Of a stretch of 64,000 nt of DNA, positions 23,057 to 36,769 are shown piece after piece. Made by a program: the position numbers and the translations under genes. The notes beneath the pieces were generated by a model, which saw only the letters and a program-made list of their open reading frames with translations, did not search any database and was not told where the DNA came from. Source of the stretch: Octopus sinensis (lineage: Eukaryota); assembly GCF_006345805.1 (NCBI RefSeq), contig NC_042997.1:134664001-134728000 (forward strand), in the 5' to 3' direction. Each line of letters opens with the position of its first letter. Positions within the stretch are counted from its first letter, which is position 1.

Positions 23057-23657
23057 GATATTAGAATCCAATTCTTTACAATACAATAAATATGTAATAC
23101 AAATTAACATATATGTTTAATGCTCTGCATTATGGAAAAGCAACGGTAAAATATATTTAAACACTTTTATAATTATTCTATGGATGATAGATATAATTCT
23201 AAATATATACATAGTAAAAATTAGATAATATATTAAAAAAAAAAATATTTATATACTTGTAGTGACGTATATATATGTGAGCATCTGTGCCCAAGCAAAT
23301 ACATATATACACAAGCAGATACTCGCGCCAACATCCGCTCACACATACATAATGAATAAGATTAAAGTATGTAAAAACTGCGCACATAAAAATCAAATAT
23401 TTATGTAAATATTACATAAACGTAAATATTAGTGGACTCGGTATTAGTGTTTAAGCAACTATTTGATATGGATATGGATTCAGAGAATCTTGCAGAGAGA
23501 AATAATAATGAACGTGTATTTGCATATGCACGCTTGTATGATTTTTTTCTGTGCATGTTTCGTATAACAACCACACAGTGGTTTACTTAAACTTCCATAA
23601 CATTATGAAAAACTTTTGTGTTACACACATTTGAATGTTCGATGATTTTGGCCGATA

Positions 23658-24188
23658 TTACGACTCGTATTCGTCACCATTTCCTCTGGATATTACATCG
23701 ACTTTCCGTGCACACGCACAGGCTGTGGCTACCTCGATGACACTTGGTTTATAAACGTACAATCCATCAACACATTCAGCTGTACGTTTCAGGACAGTCA
23801 TTGGAGTATAAACCATCACACATTGGTGGTTACTGTCAGAGTCCAGACAGTCTGTACAGCGACACACGACTTCAGTGCGTGATGGAGGAAAATATGTGGA
23901 ATTGTGGGTAATTTTCAGGTACCATGGGCAGGTTGAACGCTCACGAATGATATCAGTAGATACAGAAGATGTCGGGCAAGTTTTATCCCCTACGGTCAGT
24001 GCTTGTTGGTCACTTCCTGCTGGAGCCATTTCAGCTGGTAGGAAAAAGTTATTGCCGATCGCTGTGTTGTATAGTTTCTTGTATTGGACTTTCAAGTCGT
24101 TTGGTATTTTACATTGAGTCGGAATTGACGCCGAGGATATGAGCAATACGACGTTGGTGAGGAGGAAGATCACAACTCGGAGAAGAAC
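23658..24188 (-). CDS. IL17: Interleukin-17-like cytokine, gene B, exon 2
   Basis: Acceptor cacgcag|GTT; VLLRVVIFLLTNVVLLISSAS signal peptide; 10 Cys with TCP, RSTCPW, CRCTDC, HQC, ECV and CAC; stop at 23658. With exon 1 the protein is 181 aa. Confidence 0.93.
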   Translation of the reverse strand, partial: VLLRVVIFLLTNVVLLISSASIPTQCKIPNDLKVQYKKLYNTAIGNNFFLPAEMAPAGSDQQALTVGDKTCPTSSVSTDIIRERSTCPWYLKITHNSTYFPPSRTEVVCRCTDCLDSDSNHQCVMVYTPMTVLKRTAECVDGLYVYKPSVIEVATACACARKVDVISRGNGDEYES

Positions 24189-25388
24189 CTGCGTGATATA
24201 AAATGTTTATGCCAAGTTCAGTAATTATATTCAATATATTCAATTTAGTCACAGCTAAATGAATGAACGAAGTGAAGCATAATACACAACTGTAGCACAC
24301 ATACACTCACTCACTCTCGCTCACTCTCTCTCTCTCACTCACACATAAAAACACACACATAAAGCTATATATTTACACCAGTTTATAAAAGATTAGAGGG
24401 CATTCATTGTAATGTATACAGGTTTATTTTGTTAGAGAAAACTAATGAATGAAATACTTACGACAAGACTTCAATAAACTATTGACATCCGTATTTAAAG
24501 GCGTAAATTTACAAATGAGAAGTATGAGAAGAACAGTAGGAATGGGCTAGCCTGATGCATATATGGACCCCTAAGTAAACAACGAAATTTAACAAACTCT
24601 GTGTGTCTAAGTGCAAGAGTTGTATTTAATTTGAAATACAGTAAATTGCAGATTGAAATATTGTAGAGAATATTTTCACCAAACTATTATGACAGCGTGA
24701 TATTCTCTGAATTTAGATCTCAATGTAAAAGAGTAGGACATCAACCAACGGCAACATTTGAATTTGTGACATATCTGATGTTTAGAGGAACAGCACGGAT
24801 GACGAAAAATTCTCAAGAAATTTATCGTTGTTACTTCAGTAATTAGGTGACAACGTCAACCTAGCCAAAATTCGCAATAATGCCCGCTGTATCTTTGATT
24901 GTTTCGTTGACGATGTAAAGCAGAAATTTCTGTCATTTTATAATCACTGCGTGTTTTAATGAAGTTATTGCTCCTTCGAAATTATATTTTGCAGTCAATA
25001 AAGGAATCAAACAATGTGCGAATGTCACATTATACTTATCATTCAGCTTTGTGAAACTAAATCATCGCGCGGGGATGGATACTTAGAGTTTTAAACAGAA
25101 GGGAGAGTAACTATCGGTTAAGGTTTAGCCTCTTGTGAAATATGAGTATCAAAAAAAAAAATTATATTTAAGATCCCTGTTTCAATGAATTATAATTCCT
25201 TAAATTCTGTGAGCTGGCAGAACCGCTTGCACGCCTGGGCAAAATGCTTGGCACCATTTCGTCTGTCCTCAGTTTCTGAGTTCAAATTCAATCGAAGCCG
25301 ACTTTGCCTTTCATTCTTTCCAGGTCGATAAATTAAGTACCATTTGAGCACTCGGGTCCAGTTATGCACATATGTGTGTGTGCGTATC

Positions 25389-25488
<100 letters not shown>

Positions 25489-25512
25489 CCATATATATAT
25501 ATATATATATAG

Positions 25513-25576
<64 letters not shown>

Positions 25577-26312
25577 TGACGTAGTGTGTTCGATTTCCGG
25601 ACTGGGCTGTATGTTGTGTTCTTGAGCAAAACACTTTATTTCACGTTTCGCCAGGACCCTCAGCAGTAGAATTGAGGTACGACGTTACAGGTGCCAAGCA
25701 GTGTCGGCATTTGCCTTTCTATATTATAACATTTGTGGCCTGGAGATGGATGTCTGGTATGCATGGGCAACTGCTGGTCTTCCACAAACAACCTTGCCCG
25801 GATTTATGCCTCAGACAAGAACCTTCTTAGAGCGACCCAATGGACATTCAAGACCTAAGGGGTTCTCTATATTAGCCAATAGATAAATAAATACAGAGAT
25901 AAATGAATACACAGATTATATGATTGATATCCTTCTGTTTTAAGGTTCTTTAAAGTATTTTCACAAATTCTACATTTTTATCTACCAATCTTTCGCTCAC
26001 CTATATTCAACTGCAGTTTTAGATAAATTAGAAGTGAGATCAAATAATTACATGTGTATAATAAATGCATAAAAATATACGAGTCTACATTTGAATGTGT
26101 GTGTGTATGAAAGCAAATAATTACGTCAATATATCAAAACCATAAAAATATGCTTCAGATATATAATACCAATCTGAGTAAGGTACATAAGCAAAATGGT
26201 TCACATGTTTGAAGAAAGGTAGATCTTTCCATGAATGATACGAGAGTAAGCATAGAAATAAGACTGAATGTATAAATATGACAGTTGATATTAACGATGT
26301 GTATTTACTTAC

Positions 26313-26327
26313 GTTGGTGGTATTCAT
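26313..26327 (-). CDS. IL17: Gene B coding exon 1 (MNTTN, phase 0)
   Basis: ATG AAT ACC ACC AAC followed by a perfect GTAAGT donor; identical in the gene C paralog; restores frame with exon 2. Confidence 0.8.
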
Positions 26328-26460
26328 TATAACAGTTGGTCACTTGGAATGGAAAGGCTGACAATAGTATTAGATACTTATATATTATCAAAAGAATCTT
26401 GAGAGCGTTAGCTTTTTAAAATAATATTTGTTTGTGATGATACCAGCTACTCTGAGGTTA

Positions 26461-26501
26461 CTTATATATAATATTTAACGCAGTGGAATTACCATATGTC
26501 A
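26461..26501 (-). promoter_or_regulatory. Gene B TATA box plus adjacent kappaB-like motif
   Basis: TATATATAAG at 26461-26470 (minus); GGAATTACC at 26485-26493 inside a 19-nt block identical in gene C. Confidence 0.55.
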
Positions 26502-26807
26502 TAAAGCTTAATCAAAAATAAAAATTTATAAATATAAACAGGAAGAATTAGCTAAATTACGCAAACATTTTCTTCCGGCAAAGTGAAGGATCCGATATTA
26601 AGTGAAGGAAAAAGTGATCTATATAAATTGCAGAACGTCTAAAGTAACCAGGACATAGCTTATAATTTGTTTCCTCTTTTACCTGTTAATCGATGTGATA
26701 CAGTGAGTTGTCTTATTACGCGGGAACTTAGTAAAATATTGTGTTGTGTAGTTTTCTGTTCTATTTTTAACATACTTTATTATTTCTTTTGCCTATTTTA
26801 TCAATCA

Positions 26808-26846
<39 letters not shown>

Positions 26847-27050
26847 AATCTATCTATCTAATCTATCTACATGAGTATGCGTAATAAGATAAAAAACCAA
26901 GGCTGTATAGATATTAGAGTATTTATAGATAGAAGGCTCGAGGCTCTCACCGCACCTAGGATTAAACTCAGCTCGTCTTGTCAGATTATAAAGCTACATA
27001 TTCCTTGTTGTGTCCATTATAGCATTTATCTGCTGCAAGATGTAAGACCG

Positions 27051-27145
<95 letters not shown>

Positions 27146-27444
27146 ACCAAAATAATTTAGATTCAGATGAATTAGGTACTTCAGTTGAGGCACCAAAAAT
27201 TAGTGCGGTATTATCCGTACAATTTCAAAATAAGGTGAATAAAATCAAGATAAGCAACAGGATATTCAGAGGATTTAGATAAATTTGTACACATGTGTCC
27301 GATTGTTTACATTAATTCTATTTATTTCTGCAGCTGAGGATAGCTCTCTATTTAAATTTATGTAATGATTGCATTGTTCAATTAAATGGAGCCGCTTGAA
27401 ACGGTCGTACTGCATCAACTCTGGATATCCTGTTGCTTATTTTA

Positions 27445-27503
<59 letters not shown>

Positions 27504-27530
27504 ATATGCTAAATGAAATGAGATAACAAA

Positions 27531-27568
<38 letters not shown>

Positions 27569-27571
<3 letters not shown>

Positions 27572-27752
27572 CTGTAATATAATATGTGACAATTATTCGG
27601 TTGCCATAATTAAACTCCTACTTTCGGATGTCGGGGAGGAAATCTGCTCCGGCATCTCGTCAGTTATGAAGGAGCAGATTTCCGCCCCGACATCCGAAAC
27701 TCGGAGTTTTATTATGGCAACCGAATAACTGTCACATATTATATTACAGATA
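27569..27752. mobile_element. Fold-back element with a degenerate hammerhead
   Basis: ~80-bp inverted arms; minus strand CTGACGA (27657-27663), gatgccgg/ccgacatc stem, GAAA. Confidence 0.6.
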
Positions 27753-27813
27753 ATTTCCTCTATTTACATAATATCGAGGTCTCATTCATTCTTTTGTTGT
27801 AATACCATTACTA

Positions 27814-27844
<31 letters not shown>

Positions 27845-27849
<5 letters not shown>

Positions 27850-28200
27850 TACAAAGTGAGATAGGGGTTATGAGTGTAACCCACTATGAGATATCATGTA
27901 TCCAATATACTGCCAGTGAATTACCCAAAAGCTAATACATAAATGCTAACAATTGCAATGCAATTAGTTCATTTATTGCATTATATGGGCGAAAGTAAAA
28001 TGTTTTATCATATATATATATATAATATATATTATATTATATATATATAAGTGTATGTACACATACATATACATATATATAAGTATATACATAATAATAT
28101 ACATACACATAAAGTTACAGTAATCAAATATATTATTATATAAATACTTATATATATGTATATGTATGTCTACATACACTATATATATATAATATGTATA
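27845..28200 (+). repeat. ~350-bp direct repeat, copy 2
   Basis: Matches 20770-21120. Confidence 0.9.
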
Positions 28201-28642
28201 CATATTCTTCTGTATGTGTACTTTGTTTCATATTTATATTTGCGTTTTATATCTTCATTTTATATCTTCATAATGTACTTTATAATCTCTGACGAGGCTC
28301 TTGAGATATATATATATATATATATATTATATAAATTATATATATATATATAATATATATATAATAGTAACTCATTTTTAACTGCATATTACCTCAATAC
28401 ATCTGACTAATATAGGCATAATGAGATACCATTATCTACGGGCTGAAACAGTCGTAGATCTATTTTATATGTATTAGTTTTATGGTATTATCTTAATTAT
28501 TATGTATATTGTTTTATTCTGTTTGATTTGGATGTTCCTATCCAATTAGTTAATAATTATATGAATTGGTATTATCTGTAAGTTGATGATTGAAAGGAAT
28601 CTATTCCTCCATTTTCTTATTTTTATATAATATATATATAAC

Positions 28643-28688
<46 letters not shown>

Positions 28689-29247
28689 CACACACACACG
28701 TGTATGTGTGTGCGTTAGATAAAATGAGATAAACAAAGCAAGGTTATATGATATTTATGAAGAGAAAGTTAGTCTTGCAGCTTTTTCGGAGATATTAGCG
28801 ACAACCCTTTATCAGAGACGATGTGAGGTGGTTAAATAGAATGAAACATTGGAGTTCAATATAAAGAGTTATTCTGGAAAAGAAAAGAAATAAGGAGTAT
28901 ATATGGAAATAGGAGAATGAATGTAGAAATAAGAATAAAAATAAATATGTGTGGTGTGTGCTTGCGTGTATGTGTGCGTGTGTACGATGGGGTTCATGCA
29001 GCTTCCATGTACCAGCTTCACACAAAAGACCCCGGTCGGCTCGCAACTGTAGTGGCAGTTACCCGCCCTCGCAATGAGCCAGAACCTGGCGCTATGTTGC
29101 TGGAAAGCAAGCTTCATTCCACAATGACACGCCTGAATATACATACATACATACATACATATATGCATGCATCCATGCATACATACATACATGCATGCAT
29201 ACATACAAACATACATACATACATACATACATACATACATACATACA

Positions 29248-29281
<34 letters not shown>

Positions 29282-29329
29282 CAGATATCAAAGGTGTCTA
29301 ATATGGAAAAGCAGTAAAATGTGACAACC

Positions 29330-29770
29330 GATGCAGACTTTCTCGAATTAACACCGAAGATATCACCTACATCATAAGCGGTTGTTCGAAAATGTCATCA
29401 CGTTATTATCTACCGATGAGCCACGATGTTGTAGTTAGGACACTCTATAATGAGATTCTGCAGAAGGATAACTCCGAGTGCAAAGAAATAAGAACCCATT
29501 GTATGGTAGAAGCCATACCCACTCATAATAAAAAGGAATACTGGTGGAAGGTCTCTATAAAGCCCACAATAAAATGTAAGCACAACAGACCTAATATAAT
29601 GATATGGGCCAGAGAAGAGAAACTGCGTACAGTTGTGGAAATTTTCTGCCCAGCGGATGTTAATATTAAGCTGAAGATCAGTAAAAAAGAGAATTTCTAC
29701 GCTGAACTATTGAGAAATTTGTAGCTACTTTATCCAGACTACAAGATCAGGTTTATACCTGTAATTATGT
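29330..29770 (+). mobile_element. R2/R4-group LINE C-terminal fragment (restriction-like endonuclease)
   Basis: HDVVVRTLY...KHNRPNIMIW...VVEIFCPADVNI..K..Y..L matches the REL (R)HD...PD...E...K motif. Confidence 0.75.
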
Positions 29771-29787
29771 AATTTTGTATGCATATG

Positions 29788-29834
<47 letters not shown>

Positions 29835-29975
29835 TATATATATATTATATATGGATGGCATATGATGTATATATATACGTATATATGTATATATGTATTA
29901 TATAATGTGTGTGTGTGTATGTGTGGTAGATTTATATGTATTATAATATATATATAATACGTATAGATATAAACG

Positions 29976-30052
<77 letters not shown>

Positions 30053-30171
30053 ATATCTATCTATCTATATATATAGATATATACATTCGTATATAAATAT
30101 ATATGTGGTGTGTTAATAGATAGATAGATAGATAAATGGATCGAGGGCTAGATAAATAGAAACAAAGAGAG

Positions 30172-30780
<609 letters not shown>

Positions 30781-30786
30781 AGATAG

Positions 30787-30819
<33 letters not shown>

Positions 30820-30857
30820 TGTAGTAGACAATATAAACTGCATAATGCATTAAAAAT

Positions 30858-31071
30858 TCTTTTTTACTCTAGGCACAAGGCCCAAAAAATTTTGGGAGGG
30901 GAGCCAGTCGATTAGACTGACCCCAGTACACAACTGGTACTCAATTTATCGATCCCGAAAGGATGAAAGGCAAAGGTGACCTTGGCGGAATTTGAACTAA
31001 GAACGTAACAGCAGACGAAATACTGTAAGCATTTCACCTGGTGTGCTAACATTTCTGACAGCTCGCCGCCT
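30858..31071 (-). mobile_element. SINE with a 16-bp TSD
   Basis: ataatgcattaaaaat at 30842-30857 and 31072-31087; the paralogous site near 32866 is empty. Confidence 0.85.
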
Positions 31072-31360
31072 ATAATGCATTAAAAATAGAACGAGAACGT
31101 ACGTAAGGCAACGTATTTTACATTGAACTTCCTACTTACTATGACTACTACGTTCGCAACGTTATCTTTCCCACACCCACGCTTTGTGATAACCGGGTAA
31201 GAATAAGAGAAAATATAAGCTATGTTGTTGTTACTTTAACAGCTCTACCCTTTATATATAATATTTTACTATTCTTTGATAAGTGATAAATGCCCAAAGA
31301 ATTATACATATATGTGAATATAATGCATCTTTGTATCTGTATATGTAGGCACACACACAT

Positions 31361-31392
<32 letters not shown>

Positions 31393-31409
31393 GTGTGTGT
31401 GTATGCATA

Positions 31410-32600
31410 TATCTTTTTATAAAAACATTTAATATACGTATTTTATTGATGGTAAAAGTCTCATAAAAATGTTGTGATATCCAACCGGTTTTCGCTATAT
31501 AAATTAGCTTTTCAAGGGATGTTGTAAAGTAATCTTTCCTTGAGACAAAGGAACCACGTAATTTTGGATTTCTTGAAAAGTAAGAATGAATGGAGAGGAA
31601 CAAAGGGAGGCAACAAGTGGCAGGGGAGACAGCTACCCCTTCAGCATTATTGAATAGTGGCATACAAAGTTGGGTTTGAAATAGGAATGTGTAGTGATTA
31701 GATTGTATATTAAGTTGTGGTCTGTACTTTTGTATGAACAGGTTTTCCTTGTTTTGGCATTCTTGTAAGGAGATTGAATCTTTACATTGGTATAATGGAA
31801 AAAATATGGAAATTTAGTGTTTTATTTCTTGCGCATCTGTCAATATGTTCGCTCAGAGCTATCTGCTTATATTCAGGAAAGCGAATCTGTTCATTATGTA
31901 GCGTAACTCTGCGTCTCAAAGTAAAGCTCGTTTAACCGACATAACTGTGAATACAACCTGAGCAGGTTAGGATATAGATTAGGCCATTGGAGCCACATGT
32001 GAAGCTGTTCTTAATTTAAAATTTTTCTCCATGCTGGAATGTGAATTATGAGCCTTCAGTTAGTTATGCAAAAGACAACACAAATCACTTAAGAGACTCG
32101 TAACAAATGCAAAATTGTAGTCAACACACACGTTACCAACAGTTAAAAAATGATGACGACGTAAATATGGTATATGTCCAAACAGATGCTCAAGAAATGA
32201 AACATTGAATTTCCGTATTTCCCATTATACCAATGCAAAGATTCAATCTCCATACAAGAATGCCTAAACAAGGAAAACCTTTTCATATAAAAGTAGACCA
32301 CACCTCAATATACAACCTGATCACTAAACATTCCTATTTCAAAATCAAATGTATATGCCACTATTCAATAATGCTGATGGGGTAGCTGTTCTCCTTGCCC
32401 CTTGTTGCCTCCCTTTGTCCACTCTATCCAGTCAGTCTTACTTTTCAAGAAATGGTAAATGGCGTGATTCCTTTGTCTCAAGGAATAATTACTTCACAAT
32501 GTCCCTTGAAAAGCTAATTTAAATAGCGAAAACCGGGTGGAAATCAGTACATTTTATGAGATTTTTACCATCCATAAAATATGTATATATTAAAATTTTT
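31410..32600. repeat. Long inverted repeat pair (~260-bp arms, ~700-bp spacer)
   Basis: 31424-31672 matches the reverse complement of 32352-32600 (e.g. ttgaaaagtaaga/tcttacttttcaa, ttcagcattattgaatagtggcata). Confidence 0.75.
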
Positions 32601-32673
32601 TAATAAAAAGATATCAAAAGTATATGAAATGAAGGCATTCCTCTTCCCCTTGCCATATGTTTTCCACATATTT

Positions 32674-32764
<91 letters not shown>

Positions 32765-33872
32765 ACACACATACATATATACACATACATGTGTGTGTAT
32801 ATAGATAGATAAATATATTATAGATAGATATATAGATAGATATCTGTAGCAGACAATATAAACTGCATAATGTATTAAAAATAGAACGAGAAAGCACCTA
32901 AATCAACGTATTTTACAAGCGACTTCCTGCTAACTAAGATGACTACATTCGCTCCGTAATCCTTACCACACCCACGCTTTGTGATAACCGGGTTAAGTAA
33001 GCAAACATTAAGAGAAAATATAACCTACGTTGTTACTTTAACCGGTCTTCCTTTTATATATAATGATTTAGTATTTTTTGATAAGTGATAAATAAGCAAC
33101 TGATTCATTTTCTTTACTGGAAGAATATATTTTCCTGAATATTTACATTTTGTCAAATAAGTTTTATGTCACATGATTTTTTGGCTTGTCTCATAACGTT
33201 CGATAAGTAGAACCTATTAACCGACCCTGAAAAAATCCTTAGAATATTATGTATTTTGTATGATATGAAGGTTGTCGTCTCTCATGAAGCACTTAACCAC
33301 AATGAAACAGTTTGTGCTGGGATGTATTGATAGTGATTCTGCAATTAATGATGAGGAGAAAGATTTTATTGATTAAATAATTCCATACAGAAGAAAGAAG
33401 GATTTGTTACATTCCCCTGTAGACATACGATAGGAAATTCTTTGCAGGCATATATATATATATATATATACACTTGGAAAAGAATGCGTGGTGTTCGATC
33501 ATATAATAATATAAATAATATTTTATTTAATTTGCTTAACGGGAAGGACTGTTTCAATGAAGTCGCGTGTTGTCCTTACCTTCGTAACACAGAGTAGACG
33601 AAACAGGGACAACTGAAGAAGGAGAATATTCCTTGTGCTGTATGTCGTGTACCCTGTTTTTTCGTTCTTTGAAAAAAAGTTCGTTTCCATGTTTTTGTTT
33701 TTATGTTTTCGTTTCACATTGTGTTAAACGTTTTTATTATGTCCTGTACCCATATATGCATGTATATATACATATAGATGTAGGTATGTACATATATGTA
33801 TGAATATATGCATATATTTATATATTATTTATATTATATTATATTATATTATATTATATATATATTATATAT

Positions 33873-33908
<36 letters not shown>

Positions 33909-33959
33909 GATAATATACTACATATATATATATATATATATAATATATATTAAATTTAG

Positions 33960-34260
33960 TGGTTGGGAGGCAGTTGCCGGCAACCGTGGAGAATGGCGAC
34001 GTACCGTAAAAGAGGAATACAAAGGAGTGACAGAGAGAGAGAGAGAGGAGAAATGGAAAGAAGGAAGAGACGTAAACAAGAGACTATGGCACTACAACCA
34101 GCCAGGAATAGTCTTCGCTACATTTGCGGTACCTGCCAGAGGGAGTGTTTGTCCAGGATAGGAATACACAGCCACAGCAGGAAATGTATCAGGACATGAA
34201 ATATAAAAGCCGGACTAGACTACTTTATGCGCAACTCCATTGTCTCCCGAGACAGAAAGG
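33960..34260 (+). mobile_element. RTE-clade LINE 3' end
   Basis: YICGTCQRECLSRIGIHSHSRKC C-terminal motif followed by an RTE-type tail (tctcccgagacagaaaggatgcc). Confidence 0.75.
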
Positions 34261-34499
34261 ATGCCAACCAACCAATATATATATATATATGGAAGAAACC
34301 ACTATCATAGAAATCAAATATTAATGTAGAAAGTGGATACACTTAAGATTCACTTGAAGACAAAACAAAAAAGAAAAAGAGAAAAACTTACTGCAGTCCT
34401 TTTGAAGATAAAGACAATTGGCAAATTTCATTGATATGAATGTATATATGTTCATTTTAAGACACTTTTCCATTCCTATTTACGTATGATTGTACAGGA

Positions 34500-35090
34500 T
34501 GTCCGGAGTTAATTTGACGAGTTTTGTGTCTCCTTTTTCCAGGATTATTCAATCCATTGATAAACAGTCAACTGTATTGGACAGCGTAAATATGACACGT
34601 ATTTGAGAAGAAAGTTTGCAGACATGGTGGAATGAAATCTATGTCAATATCGGGAAAGTGTTAACTGTATCATGATGATTCGGACCGAGTATCAGTATGC
34701 TGACGTCATGACTACCTCTCAGGGCTCTATGAAGGCTGTGAGACAAATACCAGCATCATGAAAACCAAGTTCCCACAAACTATGATGGTATTTCAGTGTC
34801 TCCAGTAAGGATGATGGCATGTTACCCCACATATGTGGATAGGGCATTAAAATCAATTCAAACGGCGATGTGAAGCCGCTGGGGACTATTGTCAAACATT
34901 GAGAGGGTTGCTGTTAGAAGGCCATATGCGTGGCACCAGGATCCAATTCTTTGCCATACCTCTGGAAAAAGTTTGATGTGGTTGTCGGAGAATTTCTACG
35001 ACTCCACCAACCCCAATTTCTGTTCCCTATTCTCCCGATTGCAATACGACGGTTTACTCTGCGTGAGTTACGGTTGTAAAAGACACTAAC
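34500..35090 (+). mobile_element. Tc1/mariner remnant
   Basis: MKTKFPQTMMVF and RPYAWHQDPILCHTSGKSLMWLSENF; homologous to 5640-6720. Confidence 0.7.
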
Positions 35091-35873
35091 CTGAACACTC
35101 TATACAATCACGACTGTAAGGATCAAAAACACAGAGATGTACAAACGCATACGTGTACAAACACACTCATTCATTTGCCACCCAAACAAACAAACAAACA
35201 CATACACAAACACACACACATACACGCACAGACATACACACGTGCACATACAAACTCATACACACACACAAGCACAAACACATAAGATAGGATACACATA
35301 CTTTCTATATATCAGCAAATTACAATAAATTTCAGCATGGTTGATGAAAGAAATTTCGGATTCCTTTACACTGTACACCAAACTTATATTCAAACACGAG
35401 TATTGAATCCTTACTTACTTTTACCATTATAATTCCAGTTCTTTCAGTGTAATTTGAAATCCACCGATACGTCTCCATACATTTATGTGTCAGAGACATG
35501 CATATACACTCGTATGTAATTGAAAAATTTTATTCACTGTGTTCACAAACATATGTGAGTGTGCTGTATATAGCAACACGTATATATATATACCAGAGAA
35601 AGCACATAAATGTGAAACAAGGTGGGAAAAATAGTGCTCGAATAGCGGAGGTAGAAAGATATGCTTTATTTATAAAGCTCAAAAATATTACAGAAACTGT
35701 TACTCAGAGTATCACGTTCCCGTTCGTCGATCAGTTTTAGATGAGGATCTCAACCAAAACTGTCTGACGAACGGAATGTGAAACACTGAGTTGCAGTTTT
35801 TGCGATGGTTATGCATCACATTTGTGTGTGTGTGTGGTGTGTGTGTATGTATACGTATGTACGTATGTATACA

Positions 35874-35905
<32 letters not shown>

Positions 35906-35954
35906 CGCACACACACATGTATATATGTATACACACACACGCGCATATATATAT

Positions 35955-35998
<44 letters not shown>

Positions 35999-36139
35999 CA
36001 TGTGTATTTTTTTAATGTGTACAAATAATAAAGAAAAATAAATAGATATTTACCAGGGTAGCAAAACTTCACGCCTACTTATAAAGGTACGAATTCAAGG
36101 GTTTAGTGAAATGATTTTGTATGACTTAGATAAATTAAT

Positions 36140-36401
36140 AAATGGAGTTAAACGCAGGTGTTCTTCAAATCTTTATACTTCGGAAATATGTCTCTAAGGA
36201 AACATTTTTATTATTCCAGAAAGAATGACATTTTAACCGAATGACATTCGGTTAAAATGTCTTAATGATGCTTTATGTTTATCTTTTTTCCCTGATGAGC
36301 AGATTGCATTGTTTATTCCTTCTGGAATAATACCAATGTTTTCTTAGAAACATATGTCGGAAGTATAAAGATTTGAGTAACACTTGCGTTTAACTCCATT
36401 T
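36140..36401. mobile_element. Fold-back element containing a canonical-core hammerhead
   Basis: ~80-bp inverted arms plus an internal hairpin gacattttaaccgaatg/cattcggttaaaatgtc. Confidence 0.65.
36288..36362 (+). ncRNA. Minimal type I hammerhead ribozyme
   Basis: ttcc-CTGATGA-(long stem II, imperfect base)-GAA-ACATATGT-C-ggaa; palindromic stem III and a GUC triplet. Confidence 0.55.
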
Positions 36402-36769
36402 TTATAAATATATATATCCAAAAATGATTTAAAAGATATATATTATCTGGCGTTTTCCGTGTTTCCTCTCAATTTGCTTTCAGATGCTGGTTTAGCGATT
36501 TCAGATTACCCTCAGGCGTAATTTGAAATTGATTCCAAGTTAACCCCTACGGTTTCAGATTATCCCCACCTAAAATCTTTCCCCAAATGTTTGTCACCGT
36601 GATAGCAGATAGAGAAATAATGGGTAAGTCTATTAAATGCATGTGTTGATATTTATTATGTGTGTATGCATAATGTACATTTGTAAATGAAAGAGAAAAT
36701 CAGAGCTTTTCATTTAGTAGGAGTTTTCATTTAGTTACTTAAAGCTCAAGAAATTTGAAAGAAGCATAC

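Noticed and set aside
26121-26312. Continuation of the 68-aa ORF MNTTNVSKY...
   Set aside because: Only the first five codons are exonic; the rest is intron and is not kept in frame in the gene C paralog.
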